Source of the DNA: Euryarchaeota archaeon UBA19
GTDB taxonomy: Archaea > Thermoplasmatota > Poseidoniia > Poseidoniales > Thalassarchaeaceae
DNA: 64,000 nucleotides
Assembly: GCA_002502175.1 (NCBI GenBank)
Contig: DAPQ01000075.1
Coordinates: 9,170 to 73,169, forward strand
Direction: 5' to 3'
Shown: piece by piece, positions 9,398 through 17,342 of the stretch
Position numbering within the stretch: the first letter of the stretch is position 1
Layout of the letters: the number at the start of each line of letters is the position of its first letter
Notes under the pieces: model-generated
Told to the model about the DNA's origin: nothing
The model's input: the letters and a program-made list of their open reading frames with translations, nothing else
The model's database searches: none
Made by a program: the position numbers and the translations under genes

Positions 9398-10135
9398 GTG
9401 GACAGTGACTGGATCATTGGTGTCGACGAGGCAGGCAGAGGACCTGTAATCGGTCCTTTGGTAGTTGCAGCATTAGCAATCCCATCAAATGATATTGAAA
9501 AAATAACTAAATTACAAGTAAAAGATTCAAAGGAACTTTCACACAATGAACGTCTTCGGATTTTCGCAGAAATCAATAGCCACATAGAGGATGGAGGTTG
9601 GAAATCGGGGTTAATTCTCTGTTCCGCGAAAAGAATAGATCTTAACAGCCTAAATTCGGATTTGAATAGTCTGGAAATCAATTTATTTTCTGAGGCGATT
9701 ATTGCTACAGATTTATCAAATGAATCGGGAGTGATTCGTGCAGATGCTTGTGATGTAAATGAAAAGAGGTTCGCAATGAGGCTTGAAACATCATTAGGCG
9801 AGGGCTGGAAAAATTGGAGGATTGAGGCCGAACATGGCATGGATTCAAGAGACCTAGTGACAGGAGGCGCCTCAATTCTCGCAAAAGTATCAAGAGACTC
9901 AGCAATCGAAGAAATCGCTGCACGAACAGGTATAGAAATTGGTTCAGGATATCCTTCTGATAAAACTACACGAGTTGCCGTAGAAAAGATGCTGTCAAAT
10001 GGGAAACCACATGATTCCCTAAGATGGAGTTGGGCAACCGTATCTGATATTTGGCAGGAGTTGCATGGAACCCCTGTTCCAATTCGGTCGGAGCAGGGTG
10101 GACCTGTTGTACAATCGTCACTTGATGACTGGTAA
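9398..10135 (+). CDS. rnhB: Ribonuclease HII
   Basis: IGVDEAGRGPVIGPLVVAA catalytic motif, DSKELS and ADACDV motifs. GTG start. Confidence 0.88.
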   Translation: MDSDWIIGVDEAGRGPVIGPLVVAALAIPSNDIEKITKLQVKDSKELSHNERLRIFAEINSHIEDGGWKSGLILCSAKRIDLNSLNSDLNSLEINLFSEAIIATDLSNESGVIRADACDVNEKRFAMRLETSLGEGWKNWRIEAEHGMDSRDLVTGGASILAKVSRDSAIEEIAARTGIEIGSGYPSDKTTRVAVEKMLSNGKPHDSLRWSWATVSDIWQELHGTPVPIRSEQGGPVVQSSLDDW

Positions 10136-10161
10136 GGTAGAGAAGCGTCAAATGCCTGACT

Positions 10162-10178
10162 TCGGGCCGAAGGCCCGA
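10162..10178 (+). terminator. Hairpin TCGGGCC-GAA-GGCCCGA between rnhB and gltX
   Basis: Perfect 7-bp GC-rich stem with a 3-nt loop. It lies 27 nt after the rnhB stop and ends 5 nt before the gltX ATG. Confidence 0.3.
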
Positions 10179-10182
10179 TAGC

Positions 10183-11898
10183 ATGGTAGATTCCGACTGG
10201 GATTCAGAAACCATAGATACTGTTCGAAAGTATGCTATGCAAAATACCCTGGAGTACGATGGGGCCGGTCAATCTGGTTCTGTACTAGGTCGCTTATTAG
10301 GTGAAAGAGCGGACCTCAGGCCTAGAGCAAAGGACCTGAAATCACTAGTAGAAAAAGAGGTAGAAGCTGCAAATCAAATGGCAAAAGAGAATGGTCTTGA
10401 TGCCGTTAGAGAATCCTTAGCCGCAACAAATCCAGAGGCCTTACAAAGACAAAAACAACAGAAAAGAGTTGGACTAAAACCACTTCCCAATGTGACTGAG
10501 AGGGAAGTGATTTTGCGCTTTGCACCTAATCCAAATGGGCCACTTACTATTGGCCACTCGAGAGGAGTTGTGATTAATTCCGAATTCGCAAAGATGTATT
10601 CCGGTAAAGTTGTCTTGCGTTACGATGATACTGATACTAGAGTAAAACCACCTCTACCAGAAGCCTATGGTTGGATAGAAGAAGAATACGAATGGCTTGC
10701 AGGCAGGCCTGCCGACGTTATTATCCGGGCAAGTGAAAGAATGCCTATCTATCTTGAATATGCCAAACAAATGCTTGAATCCGGATTTGGTTACGTCTGC
10801 CGATGTAGTGCTGGAGAATTCAAAGACCTCAGGGATAATTCACAACCCTGCCCTTGTAGAGGAAAAAATACCGAAAATAATCTCTCAGATTGGCAGGCCA
10901 TGAATGATGGTAGTATAGAGGAAGGCGGGGCGGTTGTAAGGGTCAAAACTGACCTAGAATTACCCAACCCTGCACTTCGTGACTGGCCTGCTTTACGCAT
11001 ACAACACAGTCCACATCCAATGGTCGGAGACCTATACAAAGTCTGGCCACTACTAGATTTCCAAAGTGCAATAGAAGATCATCTTCAAGGAGTGACTCAC
11101 ATTGTTAGAGGTAAGGATTTGATGGATTCTACAAGAAAACAGACTCTATTGTACGACCACTTCGGATGGATATATCCTGAACCACTATATTGGGGTCGAG
11201 TAAAGGTACACGAGTTTGGAGGGTTCTCCACTTCTGGAATGAAAGTCGATATTGCTGATGGGAAATTTGAGGGATGGGATGATTCCCGTTTACCTACTAT
11301 TTCCGCATTGAAACGTCGAGGTTTTGAACCTCAAGCCATCCGAGATTTCTGGTTAGATCTTGGATTAACTCAGAAGGATATTTCAATATCAATGCAAACA
11401 ATTGAGTCATTCAATTCTTCCGTGATTGATTCGGTTTGTGAGAGGAGAACCTTCGTTAGAAATCCAAGAAATATGTCACTTAATATGGACGAGATAGAAC
11501 ACCCGGATAGGTTGCAAATTGCTCGCCACCCACACGGAGAAATTGAAGGAGTTCGTGAATGGATAATTTCCGAGGAATTTGTAATTGAGGATAGGGATTA
11601 TTCCGAAAAATTACGTTTGAAGGACTTCGCAGATGTATCGATAAAGGAAAATCAGGCAAAAGTGAGCACCTTGCAGAGAAGTGACAAGAGAACAATAGTG
11701 CATTGGTTACCGATAAATCAGAGTCGAATGGCTCGTCTAACTACCCCATTAGGAACTGAATTTAGAATCGATGAAGGGCTAATCGAGAATATCGATTTAG
11801 TGGAGGGTGAAATCTTACAGTTAGAAAGGGTGGGTTTCGCAAAAATTGAGAAGGTTCCAGAAAAGGGCCCTGTTGAGTTACTATTTTTACACGGTTAG
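10183..11898 (+). CDS. gltX: Glutamyl-tRNA synthetase (archaeal/eukaryotic type)
   Basis: HIGH-region RFAPNPNGPLTIGHSRG. Conserved body motifs VVRVKTDL and LQGVTHIVRGKDLMDS. Confidence 0.9.
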   Translation: MVDSDWDSETIDTVRKYAMQNTLEYDGAGQSGSVLGRLLGERADLRPRAKDLKSLVEKEVEAANQMAKENGLDAVRESLAATNPEALQRQKQQKRVGLKPLPNVTEREVILRFAPNPNGPLTIGHSRGVVINSEFAKMYSGKVVLRYDDTDTRVKPPLPEAYGWIEEEYEWLAGRPADVIIRASERMPIYLEYAKQMLESGFGYVCRCSAGEFKDLRDNSQPCPCRGKNTENNLSDWQAMNDGSIEEGGAVVRVKTDLELPNPALRDWPALRIQHSPHPMVGDLYKVWPLLDFQSAIEDHLQGVTHIVRGKDLMDSTRKQTLLYDHFGWIYPEPLYWGRVKVHEFGGFSTSGMKVDIADGKFEGWDDSRLPTISALKRRGFEPQAIRDFWLDLGLTQKDISISMQTIESFNSSVIDSVCERRTFVRNPRNMSLNMDEIEHPDRLQIARHPHGEIEGVREWIISEEFVIEDRDYSEKLRLKDFADVSIKENQAKVSTLQRSDKRTIVHWLPINQSRMARLTTPLGTEFRIDEGLIENIDLVEGEILQLERVGFAKIEKVPEKGPVELLFLHG

Positions 11899-11924
11899 AG
11901 ATTATTCAGCCTCGCGTATGCACA

Positions 11925-11941
11925 CGGCGCCTACGGCGCCG
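11925..11941 (+). terminator. Hairpin CGGCGCC-TAC-GGCGCCG downstream of gltX
   Basis: Perfect 7-bp stem with a 3-nt loop, 27 nt after the gltX stop. It is GC-rich in an AT-richer spacer. Confidence 0.35.
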
Positions 11942-12014
11942 GGATAATGAAATCACCAGTAAATGAATCCTACAAGGGTCGCATTCAAGGGTGTAAAGCC
12001 AGCCACTCCGCAAT

Positions 12015-14018
12015 ATGCAGGCACCTCAGAGGGGAGGAGCAGCGCTAATTGTCGCACTACTGATGCTAGTCATAATGCCATATTCACCAGTAGCTGCTGA
12101 GCAAGATGGAGCGTGTTGTATTTCACAAGACTTTGACCTATATTTGACTGGGAGCGCTGATGAGGGATCGCTTTCACCATTTGATTCCGACCTCGATGAA
12201 AAATTCGAGCAATTTGTCACCCCCTCCATTCAAGGATTAGTTGAAATTGGCACGTGGGAAACAACTTGGGGATTGCAGGGGGATTACCCCGACTCAACTT
12301 GGGAATTCCGTATTCCATATGAGGTAGAAGCGGCGGCTGGAATCCAAATAAATGCCACAATTGGAGTCAATATTGGCAGTACTTACTTCGAAGGAGATGC
12401 TGGAGCAGGGTTTTTCCTCACCAATGAGGGAGAAGTGGTGATTCCAGTAGAGGTTCTTGCGGGAGAAGTTCGCTCGGGAGATAAAATAAAATTGACTTTT
12501 TCAGTTAGAAGTTTATCATTTTCCAGCCCTGGTGATGATGCTGGAATTCGCTTTATCTGGGGGACTGATGAGTTCTCTGGAAGAATTTCGATGAAGTTCC
12601 CCTTAGTTAGTATCGACATGAAAGAACCAAGCGTGAATGGAAGATTGGTATACTTCCCAATACTTCTGAAATCTGGATTTGGAGATAGAATGTGGTCCGC
12701 ATCGACCGGAGGCATGGTCGTGGCTAGTAATGCCATTCCCGATAGCCCAATTGCAACACCAACAAATAACGGGGTTGAGGTTACTTTCGCCTGGCAAATG
12801 CCAGAATCCGCAGATTCGGGATCATACATGGTAGCATTCCACCTCATCCCACAAACTGCCCTCAGAATAGAGGCAAATCGCACATACAACATCGTCGCAG
12901 GAGATGGAGGGGGAGGCACAGGTAGTTGGTATCCTGCCGTTGAACCTCTAAGAACTGGTGGAACAAATTTACTCGTTGATGTTAATGCTAAATTTGATGG
13001 AGATATGGTTGAGAGAGAAGTAACAATCGAATTTGATGGTGCAATGTCTCAATGGGTACGATGGGGATTGGACAATATTGGAAACAATAGCCTATCCTCC
13101 AATAGTTGGTGGCGTAATCTACGAACCTACTCTGATAGTATCACCAGTGCTGAATATAATAATGGACAGGTAGATGACTCTGAAATCGCTGCATTAAACA
13201 GCCATCTAGTCGGTTCTGCCTCAGATATGAAATCATTCTTCGCGAATGGCCTGTACCTAGATGCTGAGTCGATTCTAGGAGTTAATCCAGTAAATCTTGG
13301 ACCAACTGAAATAACAATCGATTTGGGCCACACTAGGGCATTTAGCGCCGAGAGCGTGACTATTCGAATTGACACATCCCACAAAATAAATGCCGGTGAA
13401 AGACAACAATTGATCGAATCCTTCATCCGACCAAGTGATGATGATTTGTACACCAAGGTTGAGTTGGGCGTACAAATTCGCTCTACCGCTCTACAAGGCC
13501 TCGGAGGGGTGGCGGCAGAAGACATTGATGCTAAGCATCGAAGATGGATTATTTTTGAAATAGTAACAATAGAGGAGAGCGATTTAGATACAGAGGAATC
13601 ATTCAGAGTTGAGTTTGTACCAACCGGTGGCGCCCTATATTCACCATTAGTTTCAGCGATGGTTTCTGTCTTCATGCTAGTTTTGGCTCTAGGCTTAGGT
13701 ATGGCAATGACAAGGAGGCGAGCAAGGGTCCCTACGATGCTTACGGTTGTGGTTCTTGGTGGTCTTTCCCTAGCATTGTATGTATTGGGCCTTGATATGC
13801 CGTTTGTCCTAGGCGTTGTATCCTCAAGCATGTTACTGGTTTTCCCTGTCGCACTAGTATCCCCAAGGTCTGATTTTTCGGAGGGGCGGGAAACAGGCAA
13901 ACGAGCCATTGCTCATGTTAAATGTCCAAAGTGTGGAGTATCTAATGCCGTAGAGTCAGACGTTAGACCACTAAGGTTGGAATGTAGTGGCTGCGAATCT
14001 ACATTACGGCTAGAATGA
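12015..14018 (+). CDS. Hypothetical surface/membrane protein with C-terminal cytoplasmic zinc ribbon
   Basis: Signal peptide GGAALIVALLMLVIMPYSPVAA, about 530-aa ectodomain, then two or three hydrophobic helices (LVSAMVSVFMLVLALGLGMAM; MLTVVVLGGLSLALYVLGL; VLGVVSSSMLLVFPVALV). It ends in CPKCG...CSGC. Confidence 0.65.
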   Translation: MQAPQRGGAALIVALLMLVIMPYSPVAAEQDGACCISQDFDLYLTGSADEGSLSPFDSDLDEKFEQFVTPSIQGLVEIGTWETTWGLQGDYPDSTWEFRIPYEVEAAAGIQINATIGVNIGSTYFEGDAGAGFFLTNEGEVVIPVEVLAGEVRSGDKIKLTFSVRSLSFSSPGDDAGIRFIWGTDEFSGRISMKFPLVSIDMKEPSVNGRLVYFPILLKSGFGDRMWSASTGGMVVASNAIPDSPIATPTNNGVEVTFAWQMPESADSGSYMVAFHLIPQTALRIEANRTYNIVAGDGGGGTGSWYPAVEPLRTGGTNLLVDVNAKFDGDMVEREVTIEFDGAMSQWVRWGLDNIGNNSLSSNSWWRNLRTYSDSITSAEYNNGQVDDSEIAALNSHLVGSASDMKSFFANGLYLDAESILGVNPVNLGPTEITIDLGHTRAFSAESVTIRIDTSHKINAGERQQLIESFIRPSDDDLYTKVELGVQIRSTALQGLGGVAAEDIDAKHRRWIIFEIVTIEESDLDTEESFRVEFVPTGGALYSPLVSAMVSVFMLVLALGLGMAMTRRRARVPTMLTVVVLGGLSLALYVLGLDMPFVLGVVSSSMLLVFPVALVSPRSDFSEGRETGKRAIAHVKCPKCGVSNAVESDVRPLRLECSGCESTLRLE

Positions 14019-14888
14019 TTATTCGGATTTTGGAGATCTACCGGTCCCCAATAATGAGTCAACAAGAGAATGTGCTGCTAGATTAGCAGAACCTTGTTTC
14101 CAAAGTCTAGCGGCTCTGAGGATTTCCGATGCTAAATCTGAATCCCAATTGGGCCCAATTACTCTATGCCAGCCCAATTCTTCCATTCTAGCCGTTGAGG
14201 GTGTTGAGCGAGAGAGTGCTGGACGCATCAGATGCGAAAGGGCTCTAGCCCTACCTTCCATATCCAAATCTTGCCATTTGGAAGATACAGCCTCTAGAGC
14301 CAATTGTTCTATCCAAGGTGTATTGGATAATTCGATTTGAGGGACCTCGGGCATTGTAGCAATTCTAACACTGCCTTCTTCAACTAAAATATCCCTAAGT
14401 GCGGTGAATACTGGGTCGTAAGTTGTATCTAGCGCTGAATGTAACCAATTACCAGAAATTAACCAGGGACGCAATCTACGAACCCGGGGGCCATCGGGAG
14501 CCAATGATTGAGCAATTGCATGAGCTTGGGCTACTGTGGTCAGTGGCCCTCTTCTAGCGTCCCCTGATGAGGAAACTAAGCCCTCTACTAGGGCCAATCC
14601 AAGACTCAGACGAGGTGGTTCTGAGATGTATTGCGGGCCTGAGTCTTGAGCGGGCCCTAATATGTGAACCCAAGAACCATCGGAGGGAGACTCTAATTTA
14701 AATCGGCGACGATAGGGTAAACCTAGGTCGAGTAAGGCTGCTTCAATGGGTGCAATGGAAAGCGCACCAATAAGAGATGGAGCGGCCAGCAACATCACAG
14801 GACCATTGTGTCCTTTGAAACCAGAAACTGCTCGGTTTAGGCTGGGAGCCACCGATACGAAAGGCTCTGACTCAAGCAGTTGCCGCAT
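14019..14888 (-). CDS. Hypothetical protein; possibly a degenerate (catalytically inactive) DHH/RecJ-like domain
   Basis: 289-aa ORF immediately downstream of rps15. The N-terminal VMLLAAPSLIGALSIAPIEAALLDLGLPY resembles DHH motif I (h-h-h-x-H-x-D-x-D-G-x-x-S) with the acidic residues replaced. No DHH triad is seen. Confidence 0.55.
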   Translation of the reverse strand: MRQLLESEPFVSVAPSLNRAVSGFKGHNGPVMLLAAPSLIGALSIAPIEAALLDLGLPYRRRFKLESPSDGSWVHILGPAQDSGPQYISEPPRLSLGLALVEGLVSSSGDARRGPLTTVAQAHAIAQSLAPDGPRVRRLRPWLISGNWLHSALDTTYDPVFTALRDILVEEGSVRIATMPEVPQIELSNTPWIEQLALEAVSSKWQDLDMEGRARALSHLMRPALSRSTPSTARMEELGWHRVIGPNWDSDLASEILRAARLWKQGSANLAAHSLVDSLLGTGRSPKSE

Positions 14889-14902
14889 CGTACCTGCTTA
14901 CC

Positions 14903-14923
14903 ATGGGGGGTTCAAATCCCCAT
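14903..14923 (-). terminator. Hairpin ATGGGG-(9 nt)-CCCCAT between rps15 and the downstream gene
   Basis: Perfect 6-bp stem. On the plus strand the stem and loop (GGGGG-TTCAAAT-CCCC) mimic a tRNA T-arm, but no full cloverleaf can be built. Confidence 0.25.
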
Positions 14924-14967
14924 CGCTTTGCAATTATGCAATTACTAGATGGAGAAAGAGGTGTATC

Positions 14968-15423
14968 TCACTCGACCATTAGTCGGAGTTGATCTCTCTT
15001 GTATGTCCAATCAGAATCAAGTTTTCCTGTACCGATGTAGTACTTGGCCAAACGACGAATTCTAGATTCGGTTAACTCTAATTGTCTACGATTGTGTAAG
15101 TCTTTGTGATTACTGTTTAGATGGTCAATCATTCTCAATGCCTGGCGCATTAGATTCATCATATCCTCTGGATACTTTCCTCCGACTCCATTTCTCTCTA
15201 AAGTTTCAGAGATTCTCTCACCGGTAACCAACCTAACGTCTGGAACGGCATGTTGGTCACGAAGTATAGTTCCAATCATTGCTGTTGAGTTTCCCTCACC
15301 AGATAACTTGAGGATTAGGTCCTCTACAGCCTTTTTATCGGATTCGGACCACTTTGGAGCATCGGAAACATTCGGCTTATCAGAGCCGCTCTTCCCCTTA
15401 CCTTTACTGTGCATTCGTGCCAA
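14968..15423 (-). CDS. rps15: 30S ribosomal protein S15 (uS15; archaeal S15P/S13e type)
   Basis: N-terminus MARMHSKGKGKSGSDKP and C-terminal HNRRQLELTESRIRRLAKYY are typical of archaeal S15. TTG start preceded by GAGGTGA. Confidence 0.92.
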   Translation of the reverse strand: MARMHSKGKGKSGSDKPNVSDAPKWSESDKKAVEDLILKLSGEGNSTAMIGTILRDQHAVPDVRLVTGERISETLERNGVGGKYPEDMMNLMRQALRMIDHLNSNHKDLHNRRQLELTESRIRRLAKYYIGTGKLDSDWTYKRDQLRLMVE

Positions 15424-15428
15424 TTAGG

Positions 15429-15435
15429 TCACCTC
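15429..15435 (-). promoter_or_regulatory. Shine-Dalgarno GAGGTGA upstream of rps15 TTG start
   Basis: The minus strand reads cttGAGGTGAcctaaTTG. The GGTG core lies 6 nt from the start codon. Confidence 0.55.
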
Positions 15436-15479
15436 AAGCGGCTCGCCGACCTGCTGCCCCTCTTTAATCGCTACGCATG

Positions 15480-15494
15480 CCACCCAAAGGGTGG
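15480..15494 (-). terminator. Hairpin CCACCC-AAA-GGGTGG directly after the arcS stop
   Basis: Perfect 6-bp stem with a 3-nt loop, 5 nt downstream of the arcS stop (15499) on the minus strand. Confidence 0.3.
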
Positions 15495-15498
15495 TTCA

Positions 15499-17304
15499 TC
15501 AAAGACGATGCTTGGCCTTGGCCAATCTACCCGGCCCCCTAGGCCATTCCCAACCAGGTGCTTCGGCCCTTGCACTACCTACCAAAACACCTTCTTGGAA
15601 GACTAGAACTTCATCGCCAGAACGAATATTTGGGTCGGCCTTCACGACATTTGTAGAGAATAAATCTCCACGCCAATCAAAATTAGAAATCAATTCAACC
15701 CTCGGTAAGGCATTGCAGGCTTCTAATATCGGCAATACCGCCTTAGAGAAGGAAAAACGACCCGAACGAGGATTCCATAGTGCAATTTGTAATCCGTCCT
15801 TTTCGATTCTGAAAATTGGCGGTCTACCAGATACTTTTGCGCCTTCCAACCATTCATCGGTACCGTGTTGAAAACGTGATGCTGACTTGAGTTTCTCAAG
15901 TCGGTGAATACTTTCTTTCGGGTTTGGTAATTGATATTCTTTACTTGCATCTTCTATGGCTTTCTGTAGCCTATCGATGGAATTTTGTGAACCAGCAGAT
16001 TCGCCCTGTCTCGTGTCGAGAATCTTGATTGTTGGAATTTCGATCTCTATCCCAGAATGATTAATGATTAACTCAAATTCATTCCTGCTTGCATATTCTC
16101 GGATTATCTCACGAATGACTAGTAACTCATCAACATCCCAATCTCCAGTAACAGGAATGTCATAATGAGCCGCTGGCCAGAAGTCCTCTAATTCTCTTGG
16201 AACTAAACCTAACGGTGCAGTAACCATCACCTCATTTACACCCCTTGTTGGAATAGCTCTTTGAAATCGGCGATGTGATTGTGAAAGACGATATGGTTTC
16301 TGAGCAGAGCAAGGTAACAAGACTAGAACCTTGCTTTGGTGATTTGGAGGGGTATGAACCTGGGAAACTCGCCTTCTCCAATCTTGGATTAATGGGTCCT
16401 CTCTACTTGTATAGGAATGGCAAAGAAGTCTAGTTCCTTCTTTAACTACGCTTTCTAATCCGGCAGAACCAGCATCCACGCTTGCCTTTTCAGACATGAT
16501 TGTATCATGTCTTCGAAGTCTCTCGACAGACCTAGGGCTCGACAGCGCTTGTCGTTCTGCCAGCTGACGAATCGTTCCTTCTCGGATGGCGGAACGTGTT
16601 GCGCCCAGGGCTCTTTTCCATGCATCAATTTGAGTTTGCAAGTCAGATATTTCTCCTGCTGTCGATTCCGGTTCACGTGGACCGTCTTCAGTTAGAATAA
16701 CTCCTCTTGCAACGGCTTCTTTAGATCTTGATAAATCGAACAAATCGACGCCCATCCAGGATAGCAAGGCGCAATTGTCTGGACCACCTATACCCGGGGT
16801 CCAGATGAGAGAGGTAGGGAATCGTCTCCTAATTGCATCAATTGCCTCTACTAGTTTACCGGGCCGCTCTGCAAGTTGGGGCGCATCAATAATGGCAACA
16901 ATTGATGGCTCCAGCGAGTTGTCCAATAATCCCTCATCATGATGTAGGGATTGCCAAGAGACGGGCAATAATTGACCTCCAAGGGATTTTTCTCCACTAT
17001 TCGATTCAACTAGGCTGGAAGGTAAAATGAGCCCTTCTTCTGCATTCCAAATCTCCGATTCACCAAATGGTAGGCAAAAATCACCCAGCACTTCCATTGA
17101 CAATTTTGCAGGGATTGTCTTAGAATCTCGTTGTGTTCTAAACGCAGCAAATTGAAGTGGGATTTCAGGGTCATCTGAAGAAACTACCAGCCCTGGAGTC
17201 CAGGAGGAAGGTGCGGCTCGATCTCCGAGAGAGAAAATACGTGCAAACCGCCCTCTTGCGACTACACTTCGCGCCAGCGGCCGCTCATCAGCACCCTCTA
17301 TCAT
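15499..17304 (-). CDS. arcS: Archaeosine synthase-like protein (ArcS / TgtA2: TGT-like domain + PC-x3-KPY domain + PUA)
   Basis: TGT-like ALLSWMGVDLFDLS. LLPCSAQKPYRLS matches the PC-x3-KPY signature I recall for ArcS. C-terminal PUA-like IRSGDEVLVFQEGVLVGSARAEAPGW. The listed ORF starts at TTG 17382 and overlaps the divergent gene; ATG 17304 is more plausible. Confidence 0.75.
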   Translation of the reverse strand: MIEGADERPLARSVVARGRFARIFSLGDRAAPSSWTPGLVVSSDDPEIPLQFAAFRTQRDSKTIPAKLSMEVLGDFCLPFGESEIWNAEEGLILPSSLVESNSGEKSLGGQLLPVSWQSLHHDEGLLDNSLEPSIVAIIDAPQLAERPGKLVEAIDAIRRRFPTSLIWTPGIGGPDNCALLSWMGVDLFDLSRSKEAVARGVILTEDGPREPESTAGEISDLQTQIDAWKRALGATRSAIREGTIRQLAERQALSSPRSVERLRRHDTIMSEKASVDAGSAGLESVVKEGTRLLCHSYTSREDPLIQDWRRRVSQVHTPPNHQSKVLVLLPCSAQKPYRLSQSHRRFQRAIPTRGVNEVMVTAPLGLVPRELEDFWPAAHYDIPVTGDWDVDELLVIREIIREYASRNEFELIINHSGIEIEIPTIKILDTRQGESAGSQNSIDRLQKAIEDASKEYQLPNPKESIHRLEKLKSASRFQHGTDEWLEGAKVSGRPPIFRIEKDGLQIALWNPRSGRFSFSKAVLPILEACNALPRVELISNFDWRGDLFSTNVVKADPNIRSGDEVLVFQEGVLVGSARAEAPGWEWPRGPGRLAKAKHRL

Positions 17305-17342
17305 CGAGGCCGCTAACGATGCGGTTCGCTTGAAGCATTCTA

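Noticed and set aside
13127-13909. 260-aa minus-strand ORF. The shorter shadow ORFs at 12383-12919, 3203-3739, 9292-9840, 19975-20541 and 56383-56874 are the same kind of case.
   Set aside because: All lie fully antisense to long, well-supported CDSs and have biased shadow-like composition (Ser/Pro/Arg-rich). None has a recognisable motif or SD.
14903-14930. The plus-strand sequence GGGGG-TTCAAAT-CCCCA looks like a tRNA T-arm followed by a possible acceptor 3' strand, suggesting a tRNA gene or an integrase att remnant.
   Set aside because: The required 5' acceptor strand (complement of TCGCTTT) is absent about 65 nt upstream (the sequence there is ...cgaaaggctctga...). No D-arm or anticodon arm can be built, and the upstream part lies inside a CDS. 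No integrase or other mobile-element gene is nearby. It is treated as a simple intergenic hairpin.
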